A stretch of 64,000 nucleotides of DNA from a bacterium. GTDB lineage: Bacteria; UBA8248; JACPRG01; G963555815. Of the stretch, positions 1 to 9,791 are shown piece by piece (the first letter of the stretch is position 1; the number at the start of each line of letters is the position of its first letter). The position numbers and the translations under genes are program-made. The stretch is from the NCBI GenBank assembly GCA_965218795.1, contig OZ244653.1, positions 1,440,001 to 1,504,000 on the forward strand, in the 5' to 3' direction. Under the pieces are notes generated by a model. The model was not told the DNA's origin. It was given only the letters and a program-made list of their open reading frames with translations, and made no database searches.

Positions 1-80
1 CCTCCGGTTGGGTGTGGAGGGACCCACGCCCATCTGAATAAGAACCCGCGGAGGATGCACCTCGGCGAGGCTCTGTATCC

Positions 81-479
81 TCAACTGTAATGTCCCTGCC
101 CAATCACAATGCCGGTTTCCATCATGGGCTCGTCGATCCGGTTGTACTTGACGTTGTGATCCACCCCGGCGGGAATCCAGATGGCCGTGGTCTTGGTGAA
201 GGTATAGAGTTCGTCGTTGAGAGGCACCTCGACCTCGAATGTGTCCTCTGCACCGACGAACATCAAGAGCTGCGGCTTCGGGTGGTGGTGAATCTCACAC
301 GTGGGATTGGGCTCGGGAAGTTTGGTTCGCCAAAAGACATCACAGAATGCCTCGGCCTCGGGAACCAACTCCGAGCTCATGTAGATGCGAAAAGGCTCCT
401 CTTTGGGCTCTCCGTGGTAGAGGTAGTCGGTGATAATTTTCGGCTCGTCGACGATGTACTTTTCATATTTGCGGGCCAC
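81..479 (-). CDS. Cupin-domain protein (132 aa)
   Basis: Cupin motifs CEIHHHPKPQLLMF and WIPAGVDHN; AAGGAGG RBS upstream of GTG start; co-oriented downstream of hydantoinase B. Confidence 0.8.
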   Translation of the reverse strand: MARKYEKYIVDEPKIITDYLYHGEPKEEPFRIYMSSELVPEAEAFCDVFWRTKLPEPNPTCEIHHHPKPQLLMFVGAEDTFEVEVPLNDELYTFTKTTAIWIPAGVDHNVKYNRIDEPMMETGIVIGQGHYS

Positions 480-582
480 CGTTCAACCCTCCTTATTGAA
501 GTGCAGGGAGCAGACATGTGATGCAACCGAATTGACAAGGCGAGTTCAAGGAAAAGTTTGCGGTCGTTTGAATAACGATTTT

Positions 583-2865
583 CTAGTCGGTTCCCAGCCT
601 CTTGTCCCAAACGGGTTCGCTGCTGGCAAGGACGACCTCGTTTTCGATAAGCGTCGAACACCCAGGACAGATGTACTCGCGAAAGACGACTTCTTCGTCG
701 ATAAAGATTTTCGGATCGACGATTAACGGATTGGCGTCCTCAATGGGACGGTCCTTTCGGACTGCATGATTCTTGTAGTTTTCACTTGCCGGGCCGAGAA
801 CGTGACTACACTTTCTACAAACGACTTGTTTCTTTCCATCCATAGCGAGGTGGTGATCGAGCTGCTGCAAGTCATCACTTTCCGAGGCATTCTGACCCTT
901 TGGTTTCATCTGTGCCCCATTGACTCTTTCATTCCGAATGCGGTCACGCTCTTTTTCTGTTGCCTCCAGGTCAAGCCTTCCGTCTTGGATAACAACCCCG
1001 TAGAACTTGCGGGCCGCGTCGACGGAGACTTTGTCGTTCACGACATCCCCGTAGACCCTTTCCGGAGAGCGGTCAATCGGGTCTCCGAAGCCTCCGCCCC
1101 CGCTCCATGTATGCTCGAAAACATCGGCTTCATGTTCCAAGACCTCGAATTTCTGAGGGAGGTATTCAAGCTCGCCCTTGAGTTGCGACATATCGGCGGG
1201 GAGCTCGCCCCGCTTGAACCATTCCGCAATATCCGAACTGCGGAGCATCTTGTACATCGCGGTATTGGCGGGATATCCGCCGTCAATGCCCAGCGCCGTC
1301 GGGAAGGCTCCCCCAAAAGTGGCGAGGACGAGCTGAATCGGACGACCTTCCGTATCATGCGGAATCCAGCAGGCGGTGGCGCCCATCCCTCCCCGAAACT
1401 CACCCGGTCCGCCTGAATCGGTTGTCTCACGCCGGAAGAGATAGAGAATGGGATAGAAGCCTTCATTGGTTTCTACATTCGGACACTGGCCGGTAATGGC
1501 CGCCATCAACCCCGCTGTGTCAACGCCATCCGCAAAGCTTCGCGCACCCCATCCACCGGCCATGCAGTCCATAATCATGGTGACGAAGGATCGCTTGTTG
1601 TTGTCCAGGCCGGAGGCGATCACTGTCGTCCAAGAACCCACACAGCCGGCGAGCAGTCGATCTTGGAGAGCGGGAACGCTCGAGAGCATTTTGGCAATGC
1701 AGATGTTGGCCGCGTTTGTCGCCGACCACGTTCCACTGATCGATCCCATCGAGACGCCGTGAGGGAATTCGGCGTTGATGATCGTCCCGACCGGCGTATT
1801 GAACTTGAGGGCGCGGTGCAGGCCTCCAAGCGCCCAGGGGATATCGTAGCAGAGCTGGGGCAGGAGGGCGACCATGGACCCTCCAACAGCACCTGCACAG
1901 GTCGAGTTGATCATGCCCACGTTGGGATCCGTTCCCGTAAAGTCAAATTCGAGCTCGTCGCCCCGTTTCCTCACGGTGAGCACGGTTTTGTAGACTCCGC
2001 GGTCCTCGGTCTTGGCCACCTCTTGATACGTTTCACAACACCAAGTGCCGTCGGGGATTTGGCGCAGCCTTTCCCGGAAGCGTTCCTCGGCGTAGTCCAT
2101 CTGTTTTTTCATGACGGACTTGATCGTTGTTGCGCCATACCGCTCCACGAGCTCGAGCATTCGCTGCTTTGCAACGTTGTTGGAGGCGATGTGGGCGCGC
2201 AGATCGAGACCGACGAGAGCCGGCGCGCGCGAGCGGCGGAGGTATACGTCCTCGATGTCTTTTCGAATCTCCCCCCGCTCGACCATCTTAATCGGCGGAT
2301 AAGTCATCCCCTCGGCGAAGTGCTCCTCCGCGTCAATGCACCAAGAGCCGATGTTGACCCCGCCGAGGTCCACCTGATGTATGGTGGAGCCTGTCCAACA
2401 AAACAGCTCGTCGTCGACAAAGACGGGCGAGAGCATCGCAACGTCTTGCGGATGAAGCGCACCGACCCACGGGTCGTTGCAGAGAAACATGTCGTCCGGC
2501 TCGATCCCGGGATTTTCGCTCCGGTGCTCTACCGTCCACTTGACCATAAAGTCCACGTTGGCCGCATGGGGGAGATAATAAGGGCCGATATTCACGATGT
2601 CGCCTATCTCATCGCAAAGCACCACGTTGAAGTCATTGGCGTCGGTGGCCACGGGCGAGCCGGATATCTTCTTCAGGGCCTGTCCCTGCTCATCGTTGAT
2701 CTGCCAAAGCTTGTGCGCCACGACCTCCAATGTAATCGGGTCAACCCGGTGATCCGGATCGTACGGAAAGAGTTTGAGTTTCGGAGAAATGACGATGTCC
2801 TCAGGGCGTTTCCCAATGGAGTGGAATCGTTCAGAGCCTGGAACTTTCAAAATCGTTTTCGCCAT
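583..2865 (-). CDS. Hydantoinase B/oxoprolinase family protein with C-terminal fused acetone-carboxylase gamma-like Zn domain
   Basis: DPITLEVV, SGSPVATDANDF, NDPWVGALHPQD, HQVDLGG, DSGGPGEFRGG, GGGGFGDPIDR motifs; C-terminal CRKC...REYICPGC. Confidence 0.93.
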   Translation of the reverse strand: MAKTILKVPGSERFHSIGKRPEDIVISPKLKLFPYDPDHRVDPITLEVVAHKLWQINDEQGQALKKISGSPVATDANDFNVVLCDEIGDIVNIGPYYLPHAANVDFMVKWTVEHRSENPGIEPDDMFLCNDPWVGALHPQDVAMLSPVFVDDELFCWTGSTIHQVDLGGVNIGSWCIDAEEHFAEGMTYPPIKMVERGEIRKDIEDVYLRRSRAPALVGLDLRAHIASNNVAKQRMLELVERYGATTIKSVMKKQMDYAEERFRERLRQIPDGTWCCETYQEVAKTEDRGVYKTVLTVRKRGDELEFDFTGTDPNVGMINSTCAGAVGGSMVALLPQLCYDIPWALGGLHRALKFNTPVGTIINAEFPHGVSMGSISGTWSATNAANICIAKMLSSVPALQDRLLAGCVGSWTTVIASGLDNNKRSFVTMIMDCMAGGWGARSFADGVDTAGLMAAITGQCPNVETNEGFYPILYLFRRETTDSGGPGEFRGGMGATACWIPHDTEGRPIQLVLATFGGAFPTALGIDGGYPANTAMYKMLRSSDIAEWFKRGELPADMSQLKGELEYLPQKFEVLEHEADVFEHTWSGGGGFGDPIDRSPERVYGDVVNDKVSVDAARKFYGVVIQDGRLDLEATEKERDRIRNERVNGAQMKPKGQNASESDDLQQLDHHLAMDGKKQVVCRKCSHVLGPASENYKNHAVRKDRPIEDANPLIVDPKIFIDEEVVFREYICPGCSTLIENEVVLASSEPVWDKRLGTD

Positions 2866-2878
2866 CTGGATGCCTCAC

Positions 2879-4951
2879 TCACCGAGTTGTTAGACGGACG
2901 TTGCCGTAGGCGTCGATCCGGGCATGCTGGCCGGGATGGATGAGTGCTGTTGTGGCCTCGAAACGGATGACCGCAGGCCCATCGAACTTCATCCCACGCC
3001 GAAGATCACTTCCGTAGATCGCTGTTTCCACCTCTTCTCCAAGTTCACGCCAAAAAAGCATTTCGCGTCCAGTGAGAGCCGCGGATGCGTCCGATTCTTC
3101 CTCATCTTGCTGTTCGATTCGAGCGTTTTGGATATGGGTTGTTCCGAGTACGCGATAGGTCACCACCTCAATTCCGGCCTCTCGGAATCCCGACCCTCTG
3201 CCAAAAACCGCTTCATAACGTCGTTCGAATTCCTCAAGAGCCTGGTCATGGAGACTGGGAGTGATTGTTCCGTTGGGGATCGGGGTGTCGACCTGATGCA
3301 CTTGACCTTTATACCGCAGCTCGAGAACTCGTTGGAGGGAGATGTCATCCGGCTTGGCGCCGGCTTTTGTCATATTTGCGGTCGCCTCTTCCTCAAGGGA
3401 CTGAAAGTGCTCGTTCATGACGTCTACATCAAAGGGCGCGAGAGCGAGATCCGAAACCTGGGTCACGGCTGTCAGATCCGAAACGGCAAGCCCCAATGCG
3501 GAAAAGGCGGACGCGATGTTGCCCAGGGGAAAGATAATCTCCTGGGCCCCCAGTTCACGCCCGAAGGCGCCGCCGTGGAGAGGGCCCGCTCCACCAAACC
3601 CGTAAACGACGAAGTCACGCGGGTCGTAACCTCGCTCAATCGTCATTTTTCGCATCAGGTCGGACATGTGATGATTGGCAATCTCAATGATCCCGGCCGC
3701 CGCGTCTCTGACGCTCATATCGAGCGGGTTTGCAATTTTTTCCTCGATGGCCTTGATGGCCAGTGATTTGTCAAGCTTGATCCGGCCTCCGAGAAAATAG
3801 TCGGGATCGATGTAGCCCAGGACGACATCGGCATCGGTCACCGTCGGACCCTCGCCCCCTTTTCCATAGCAAGCGGGACCCGGATCGGCGCCCGCGCTCT
3901 GAGGGCCGACCCGCAGACGCCCGAGATCAACCCAGGCGATGGAACCGCCCCCCGCACCGATGGATACGATGTCGATCGTAGGGACCAGGAGCGTGTATTG
4001 GTTCACAGTCGATGTCGAAGTGATAATGGGCTCTCCATCGACCACGAGACCCACATCGAAACTCGTCCCGCCGACATCAGCACAAATGATATTTCGATGG
4101 TTCAGTGAAGATCCGAGGAATCGGGACGCTACAACACCTCCAGCGGGTCCGGAGGCCAGAGTGTTGACGGAGCGGCGATCCACGTCCGCCGCCTGCATGA
4201 CGCCCCCCATCGACTGCATCACGAAAAGCGGCGCAGTCAAGCCACGGCCACCCAGGGCGCCCTCGAGCTCCTCGAGGTACCTTGACAGAAGAGGGGCAAT
4301 ATGGGCGTTGACCGCCGTCGTTGCCGAACGTTCGTATTCCTTGATGGCCGTGACGATCTCACTCGATATCGAGGCGTGGATGCCTGGGGCCTCTTCTTCG
4401 ATGATCTCCCGCATCCGTTGCTCATGGCTGCGGTTCTTGAAAGACCACAGAAAGCAGACCCCAATCGCCTCCACGCCTTCGTTCCGTAACGCTCTGACCG
4501 CCTGTCGCGCACTCTCCTCATTCAGCGGTACCACGACCGCTCCCTTGTAATCGATTCGCTCGTGGACCTCTTTGATTCGGGTCTTGGGAACGATGGGCTC
4601 GGGTTTGTCGGTGTACGAGTATTGCTTGAGCTCGGTCTCCGAGAATCCGGCGGACCGGCCGATGATGCGCATCATGGGAAGGGCGTCCCGATGTCCGGCG
4701 GTCGTGATGAAACCGATCTTTGCGCCGGAGCCAGTGATCATGGCATTCGTCGCCACCGTTGTCCCATGGTAAAAATAGTCCAAACCCTTCAAGATGCCGC
4801 GCCCCTGATCGACCGCCTCAACGACATCCATGACTCCTCGCGAGAAATTGGGAGGCGTCGAAGGGCGCTTCGCCACCTCGATCCTGCCCTCATCGTTCAG
4901 GTATACGAGATCGGTGAAGGTGCCGCCGGTGTCCACACCCATGGTGCTCAT
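2879..4951 (-). CDS. Hydantoinase A/oxoprolinase family ATP-binding subunit
   Basis: GVDTGGTFTD, HGTTVATNA, EYERSATT, SGPAGGV, DVGGTSFD, SIGAGGGS, GPQSAGADPGPACYG, FGGAGPLH. Confidence 0.95.
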   Translation of the reverse strand: MSTMGVDTGGTFTDLVYLNDEGRIEVAKRPSTPPNFSRGVMDVVEAVDQGRGILKGLDYFYHGTTVATNAMITGSGAKIGFITTAGHRDALPMMRIIGRSAGFSETELKQYSYTDKPEPIVPKTRIKEVHERIDYKGAVVVPLNEESARQAVRALRNEGVEAIGVCFLWSFKNRSHEQRMREIIEEEAPGIHASISSEIVTAIKEYERSATTAVNAHIAPLLSRYLEELEGALGGRGLTAPLFVMQSMGGVMQAADVDRRSVNTLASGPAGGVVASRFLGSSLNHRNIICADVGGTSFDVGLVVDGEPIITSTSTVNQYTLLVPTIDIVSIGAGGGSIAWVDLGRLRVGPQSAGADPGPACYGKGGEGPTVTDADVVLGYIDPDYFLGGRIKLDKSLAIKAIEEKIANPLDMSVRDAAAGIIEIANHHMSDLMRKMTIERGYDPRDFVVYGFGGAGPLHGGAFGRELGAQEIIFPLGNIASAFSALGLAVSDLTAVTQVSDLALAPFDVDVMNEHFQSLEEEATANMTKAGAKPDDISLQRVLELRYKGQVHQVDTPIPNGTITPSLHDQALEEFERRYEAVFGRGSGFREAGIEVVTYRVLGTTHIQNARIEQQDEEESDASAALTGREMLFWRELGEEVETAIYGSDLRRGMKFDGPAVIRFEATTALIHPGQHARIDAYGNVRLTTR

Positions 4952-4966
4952 TCATCTCCTCCACGG

Positions 4967-6769
4967 TCATTCGACTACGAGATCCACAAATTCGCACGTG
5001 TCCTCCGTGAGATAGGCCAAACCTTTGGTGGAAATCCGGTAATAGGGAATCGTCACGAGGGACACGAATTCGAGGTTCGTCTGAGGTGTTTCCAGTGTAC
5101 AGCCCATGTCGCGCCATGCCTTCAACAGGCTGTCCTGGGCCTTGAACACTTCGTCAAAAGGCAGGTCCGTCGCAAGACCGTTCAGCGGAGTCGGGAGGGA
5201 TGCCGCGACCTTTCCTTTTCGTAATGCGACAAACCCACCGTCCATCTTGATCGTCTCGTTCGCCGCCGCGGCCATGTCTTCATCAGAGGCGCCCACCAGC
5301 ACGATGTTCTGATTGAAAACATTCGCCGTTGTCCCGATGCACCCTTCTCGGAGGTTAAAGCCCTTCACAAAGGCGACGCCCATATCGCCGGTCCCCGAGA
5401 TTCGATCGATCATGCAGATCTTGTTAATGCCTCGGCCGGGGTCCGCCTGGATGGCCCCGTCCACGACCGACAGGGATTCGATCGACTCCGGGGTCTCGAG
5501 CGATCCGTCTCGCGTGGTGATGACGCGGACGTTGACCGTCGCCCCCGAGCCCCCGGGCGCGGCGACCCGGAAATCCTCCGGGCGCAAAACGCGATCGATG
5601 TTCATCGTTCCGTAGAGCCAGTCGGGATACTCCGGGTTTTTGAGCGGTTCCGTCAGCTTTCCGTCTTCCACCCATACCTTTCCGTTCGCCATGACCCTTG
5701 CGATCCGGAAATCCTCGAGATTTTCCACGAAAAGGATATCTGCGTAACGGCCGGGCGCAATCATTCCCATGTCATGGTTGACCCGGTAGAACTCCGCGGG
5801 CTGGATGGTGGACATCTGGATGGCCGTCATGGGCTCCAATCCGTTCCTGATCGCCACTCGAATGACATGATCCATTTGACCGCGTTCCAGCATCCAGTCG
5901 GGCGTGACGACATCGGTGCAGAGCTGGTAGGCGCGAGACGAGTGGCCATGCTTCGTCACCGCGGGGAGAACCTGACGGATGTCTTCGCAGGCGCTGCCTT
6001 CCCTGATCACGATGTACTGCCCCAGCTCCGCTTGTCTTTTGGCCTCTTCGTCGGATACGAGCTCGTGATTGTGCATGATGCCCGCGGCCGTCCAGGCGTT
6101 GGTGATTTTGTCATCGCTCATGCCGGCGGAATGGCCCTGGATCACCTTTCCTCGGCGGAGGCATCCCTCCATCAGGCGGAGCAGATCCCTATCGCGCAGT
6201 TCGCGCTTTAGCATCAACTCAGGGCTGATTTCCTCGATTCCCATGGTTTCCGGCCAATCGAGAGCATCCATCAGATCCTCGATGGTCGGCGCGTTCGGCG
6301 AGGGCGGGAAGCCGATGCCGCGGTTTTGGGTGTAGCACATGGTCGGAACGAGAAAGATGGGCTTGACCGGCGTGGCAAGGCACTCGTCCAAAAAGAACCT
6401 CGACGCCCGGATACCGTTCACAATCGCGTGTCCGTAAAATCCGTCTACGATCGCCGTCGAACCATGGAGCAGCCTGCAGGCGGCAAAGACCGTCGAATTC
6501 GTATAGGTGTGCCACTGGTGACAGTGGGGGTCGATCAAACCCGGGACCAGGAATTTCCCCTCCGCATCGATGACTTTCGTTTTCGAATCAACGGTGTAAT
6601 CGACATCCCCGATCGCAGCGATACGCTCTCCTTTGATCGCAACGCCATCGGAGTGGAGGGTTCCCGTATGCACGTTGACCACTTGGCCATGGGTAATCAC
6701 CGTGTCAGCCGGTTCATAGCCCATGGCCACGTCGATCAGCGCTTCGCGCTCAAGCCCGCCCTCGCTCAT
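4967..6769 (-). CDS. Adenine deaminase (AdeC)-family amidohydrolase, divergent active site
   Basis: LIDVAMGYEPADTVI N-terminus, PGLIDPHCH, QGHSAG, HNHE, IREGS, CTD, GMIAPGRYADI and the AdeC C-terminal domain (GGFVAL, LPTPLNGL, SLVTIP). Confidence 0.88.
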   Translation of the reverse strand: MSEGGLEREALIDVAMGYEPADTVITHGQVVNVHTGTLHSDGVAIKGERIAAIGDVDYTVDSKTKVIDAEGKFLVPGLIDPHCHQWHTYTNSTVFAACRLLHGSTAIVDGFYGHAIVNGIRASRFFLDECLATPVKPIFLVPTMCYTQNRGIGFPPSPNAPTIEDLMDALDWPETMGIEEISPELMLKRELRDRDLLRLMEGCLRRGKVIQGHSAGMSDDKITNAWTAAGIMHNHELVSDEEAKRQAELGQYIVIREGSACEDIRQVLPAVTKHGHSSRAYQLCTDVVTPDWMLERGQMDHVIRVAIRNGLEPMTAIQMSTIQPAEFYRVNHDMGMIAPGRYADILFVENLEDFRIARVMANGKVWVEDGKLTEPLKNPEYPDWLYGTMNIDRVLRPEDFRVAAPGGSGATVNVRVITTRDGSLETPESIESLSVVDGAIQADPGRGINKICMIDRISGTGDMGVAFVKGFNLREGCIGTTANVFNQNIVLVGASDEDMAAAANETIKMDGGFVALRKGKVAASLPTPLNGLATDLPFDEVFKAQDSLLKAWRDMGCTLETPQTNLEFVSLVTIPYYRISTKGLAYLTEDTCEFVDLVVE

Positions 6770-6849
6770 TTTCCACTCTCCTCACCCGACGCCTGAACAG
6801 AGCTTGTGATCAGGCTCACGAAGGACTCGGTATCCGAGAACCATAAGGA

Positions 6850-8349
6850 CTAAGCACCGCTCACGAGGCTTAGAACACGCTCTTTATTCGCCTCCTCCCG
6901 TCCCAGGGTTTCAAGGATCTCTCCGTCCCGCCAGATCAAAACGCGATCGCTCATTCCTATTATTTCGGACAATTCATGAGAGACGAAGATCACGCCCGCG
7001 CCATCCTTTGCCAGCTGGTTGACGAGTTTGTAAATCTCCACCTTGGCCCGGACGTCGATACCGCGGGTCGGCTCGTTGAAAATGAAGAGCCTTGATTTGG
7101 CGCTCAGCGCTCTTGCGATCATCACTTTCTGCTGGTTGCCGCCGCTCAGGTACCTGGACAGCGTATTCAACGACGGTGTCTTGATATCGAGTTGATCCCT
7201 GTACATCTGACTGTCTTCTGTTTGTTTTCGTACGGAGAGGAGACCGGTTACGGTATATCGATTCAAGGCCGCAAGCGTGGAGTTGTCTTTGACGGACATC
7301 GGCAAAATGAGCCCCTCGGATTTTCGGTCCGCGGGGAGATAAAAAATCCCCGCCCGGATAGCATCGAAGGGAGAATGAACCGTAAAGGGCTTTCCGAACA
7401 GTTCGATCTCCCCCCAAGGGCGTCTTCCCAATCCCAGGAGCGCCCGAGCGAACGCCTCGTTTCCCGAACCCAGAAGCCCGGCAAAGGATATGATTTCGCC
7501 CGCTCGCAACTCGAAGTTGACGTTTTGGAATCGACCGTCCGGATCGTTGCAGCCCCTGACCTTCAAGATGGGTTCCCCTTTCCGGATGTCCTGCTTCGGA
7601 AAGGGTTCTTGAATGTCCTCGCCGACCATCAGTCTGGGCAGCTCGTCAATCGATGTTTCGCCCAGATCAACCGTGGCAATGACCTGGCCATCCCTGAGGA
7701 TCGTCGCCCGATCCCCGACCCGCTTGACTTCTTCCAGATTGTGAGAGATGTAGATGATCCCGACACCCTCCCTCTTGAGGCCCAGAATGATGTCGAAAAG
7801 ACGCTCGACCTCCTTATCCGTCAAGGCCGCAGTGGGCTCATCCAAGACGAGGACCTTGGCCTCCAATGCCAGGGCCTTGGCGATCTCCACGACTTGCTGT
7901 TCGTGAACGCCGAGCTGCTCGACCCGTCGATTGACGTTCAGCTCGAATCCGAGGCGCTCGACGACGTCGCGCGCGCGCTGCCTGATCGCTTTCCAATCGA
8001 CAAGTCCGTTCGACGTGACGCTCATCCCCAGATGAATGTTTTCCGCCACGGTGAGTTGAGGGATCAGCATGAATTCTTGGTAAACGGTGCAGACCCCGAG
8101 GTCTTTCGCATGAATGGGAGAGCGGATCTGAGTAGGCTCTCCGTTCATGTATATCGTGCCGGTGTCCATGCGCTCGGCGCCCGAGAGAATCTTGATGAGC
8201 GTGGATTTGCCCGCTCCGTTCTCACCGAGGAGAACGTGAATCTCCGAGGCTCTCAATCCGAAACTGACCCCCTTGAGGGCATGGACCCCGGGAAAAGACT
8301 TGTCGATCTTTTCCATGAACAGCAGAGGGTCGCCGTTTCGTTCGCTCAC
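6850..8349 (-). CDS. CUT2 sugar/nucleoside ABC transporter ATP-binding protein (RbsA/MglA type, duplicated NBD)
   Basis: KSFPGVHAL, GENGAGKST, LDEPTAAL, DRKSEGL, LSGGNQQKV, NEPTRGIDV; GTG start at 8349 chosen by RBS (ORF track start 8385). Confidence 0.95.
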   Translation of the reverse strand: MSERNGDPLLFMEKIDKSFPGVHALKGVSFGLRASEIHVLLGENGAGKSTLIKILSGAERMDTGTIYMNGEPTQIRSPIHAKDLGVCTVYQEFMLIPQLTVAENIHLGMSVTSNGLVDWKAIRQRARDVVERLGFELNVNRRVEQLGVHEQQVVEIAKALALEAKVLVLDEPTAALTDKEVERLFDIILGLKREGVGIIYISHNLEEVKRVGDRATILRDGQVIATVDLGETSIDELPRLMVGEDIQEPFPKQDIRKGEPILKVRGCNDPDGRFQNVNFELRAGEIISFAGLLGSGNEAFARALLGLGRRPWGEIELFGKPFTVHSPFDAIRAGIFYLPADRKSEGLILPMSVKDNSTLAALNRYTVTGLLSVRKQTEDSQMYRDQLDIKTPSLNTLSRYLSGGNQQKVMIARALSAKSRLFIFNEPTRGIDVRAKVEIYKLVNQLAKDGAGVIFVSHELSEIIGMSDRVLIWRDGEILETLGREEANKERVLSLVSGA

Positions 8350-8505
8350 CGCTTCCTGCCCTCCCTGACCCTCACGGACGCACATGTCGGATACAGCCTC
8401 GCTGGGGAAGACCCCGCCGTTTCCATCGAACCGCCGCTCATTTGCCCCTCGCGCGCGTGAGCCGAGATCGCCTGGACGAATTTGCAGAATTGATTTGATC
8501 CGGAT

Positions 8506-8545
8506 GGCGCGAAGGCCCCGTCCCTTGGGACGGGGCCTTCGCGCC
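8506..8545. repeat. Perfect 19-bp inverted repeat between the binding-protein and ATPase genes (mRNA-stabilising hairpin or weak terminator)
   Basis: GGCGCGAAGGCCCCGTCCC-TT-GGGACGGGGCCTTCGCGCC, 9 bp downstream of the SBP stop; no U-tract on the transcribed (minus) strand. Confidence 0.8.
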
Positions 8546-8554
8546 GGGTTCGGC

Positions 8555-9682
8555 TTACTTGGTCAGTACGCTGCCGGGCCTCCAGCCCGGAGCGGCGAAA
8601 TCGATACCCACGAAATCGTCATATTGATTGACGTTTTCCGGCGTGTAGGTTCTGATGGGCACGAAAATCTTCTTCGGGACGGGGTTGCCTTCCAGGATGT
8701 GGACCAGCATATAAGTGGCGTACAATCCTTCAAGTGCCGCGCCCTCGCTGAGACCCCAAGCGAACCAACCTTGCTTGAGCAGCTTGATCGATTCCTCGTC
8801 CATATGAACGCCCGTGACCCCGATCTCCCCGGGCTTCTTTCCGGCAGCCCGCAGGGCGGAGATGGCGCCTTTGCACTGGAAGTCCGCCGTGCAAAAAACC
8901 AGGTTCATGTCCGGCCAGCGGGTCAAGGCGTCCTCGGTCAGGCGTTGCGCGATGGTCCGGTCCATCTCGTGGTACCGCTCGCCCAGGATCTTCATCCCGG
9001 GGGCGATCTTCTTGAGGGTCTCCTTGAAACCTTTCGCGCGCTGCTTGCCCCACTCGACGCCGGGAGGTCCGTTGAGCATGAATATCTTGGCATCCTTGGG
9101 CAGTCTCTCGGCGGCGAGCTTCGCCTGGATCACGCCGGTCTCGTAATCGTTGATCGTCGCTCCCGGGGCCTCTTTGTAAGAGGTCGGAATCAAGGCGCTG
9201 GTCGTCGGGATTCCCGCGTTCCAGGCCTTTTTGACCGGCACGGCCACAGCGGAGTAGTCGACCGCCGAGATCACCATCCCGTCCACTCTTCGAGCGATGA
9301 GGTCTTCGATGTCCGAGATCATCTGGCCAAGCTTCAAATATCCTCCCGCGGGACGCAGGTCCATCCTGACACCCATGTCCTTCGCCGCCAGGTAGGCCCC
9401 ATAGGCGACGGCAATCCAATAGGGGTCCCGAACGTGCGGGATCACCATGGCCAAGTGGTACTTTTTCGACGGTTTCGGCCTCCACCAGCCGGTGTCTTCC
9501 CCCTCACGGATCACCCATTCCCCCTTCGGCTCGGTTCCGTACAACTTCCGGTATTGCTCAACCGTCACGTTGCGGCCCATCTTCTTTTGAGCGAAGGCCT
9601 GCGGTGTGAACATCAGCCATGACGAAAGGATGAAACCCAGCGCGATGGCCAAGGTGCAACCCATGAGCAACTTGCCTTTCAT
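8555..9682 (-). CDS. Periplasmic substrate-binding protein, RbsB/TorT-like type I PBP
   Basis: Signal peptide ending PQAFA; IPHVRDPYWIAVAYG, AGGY, LNGPPGVEWGKQRAKGF; AAAGGAGG RBS before ATG at 9682. Confidence 0.9.
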   Translation of the reverse strand: MKGKLLMGCTLAIALGFILSSWLMFTPQAFAQKKMGRNVTVEQYRKLYGTEPKGEWVIREGEDTGWWRPKPSKKYHLAMVIPHVRDPYWIAVAYGAYLAAKDMGVRMDLRPAGGYLKLGQMISDIEDLIARRVDGMVISAVDYSAVAVPVKKAWNAGIPTTSALIPTSYKEAPGATINDYETGVIQAKLAAERLPKDAKIFMLNGPPGVEWGKQRAKGFKETLKKIAPGMKILGERYHEMDRTIAQRLTEDALTRWPDMNLVFCTADFQCKGAISALRAAGKKPGEIGVTGVHMDEESIKLLKQGWFAWGLSEGAALEGLYATYMLVHILEGNPVPKKIFVPIRTYTPENVNQYDDFVGIDFAAPGWRPGSVLTK

Positions 9683-9791
9683 GATCTTCCTCCTTTGTTT
9701 TGAAGAATCCTGACTACGACATCTGTACCCCAAGACCCTTGACCGTCACGGCGCTGAGAGCAGATAGAGAATTGAGGTAGGGTTTAGCTCT

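Noticed and set aside
1-33. Start of a further minus-strand gene (ATG at 33)
   Set aside because: Only 11 codons are visible and there is no clear RBS; cannot be called
1663-9622. Long plus-strand ORFs (1663-2943, 7192-8460, 8384-9622) and similar antisense ORFs elsewhere (e.g. 15265-16377, 35064-36149, 61746-62957)
   Set aside because: Antisense shadows of well-supported genes, expected in GC-rich DNA; no motifs
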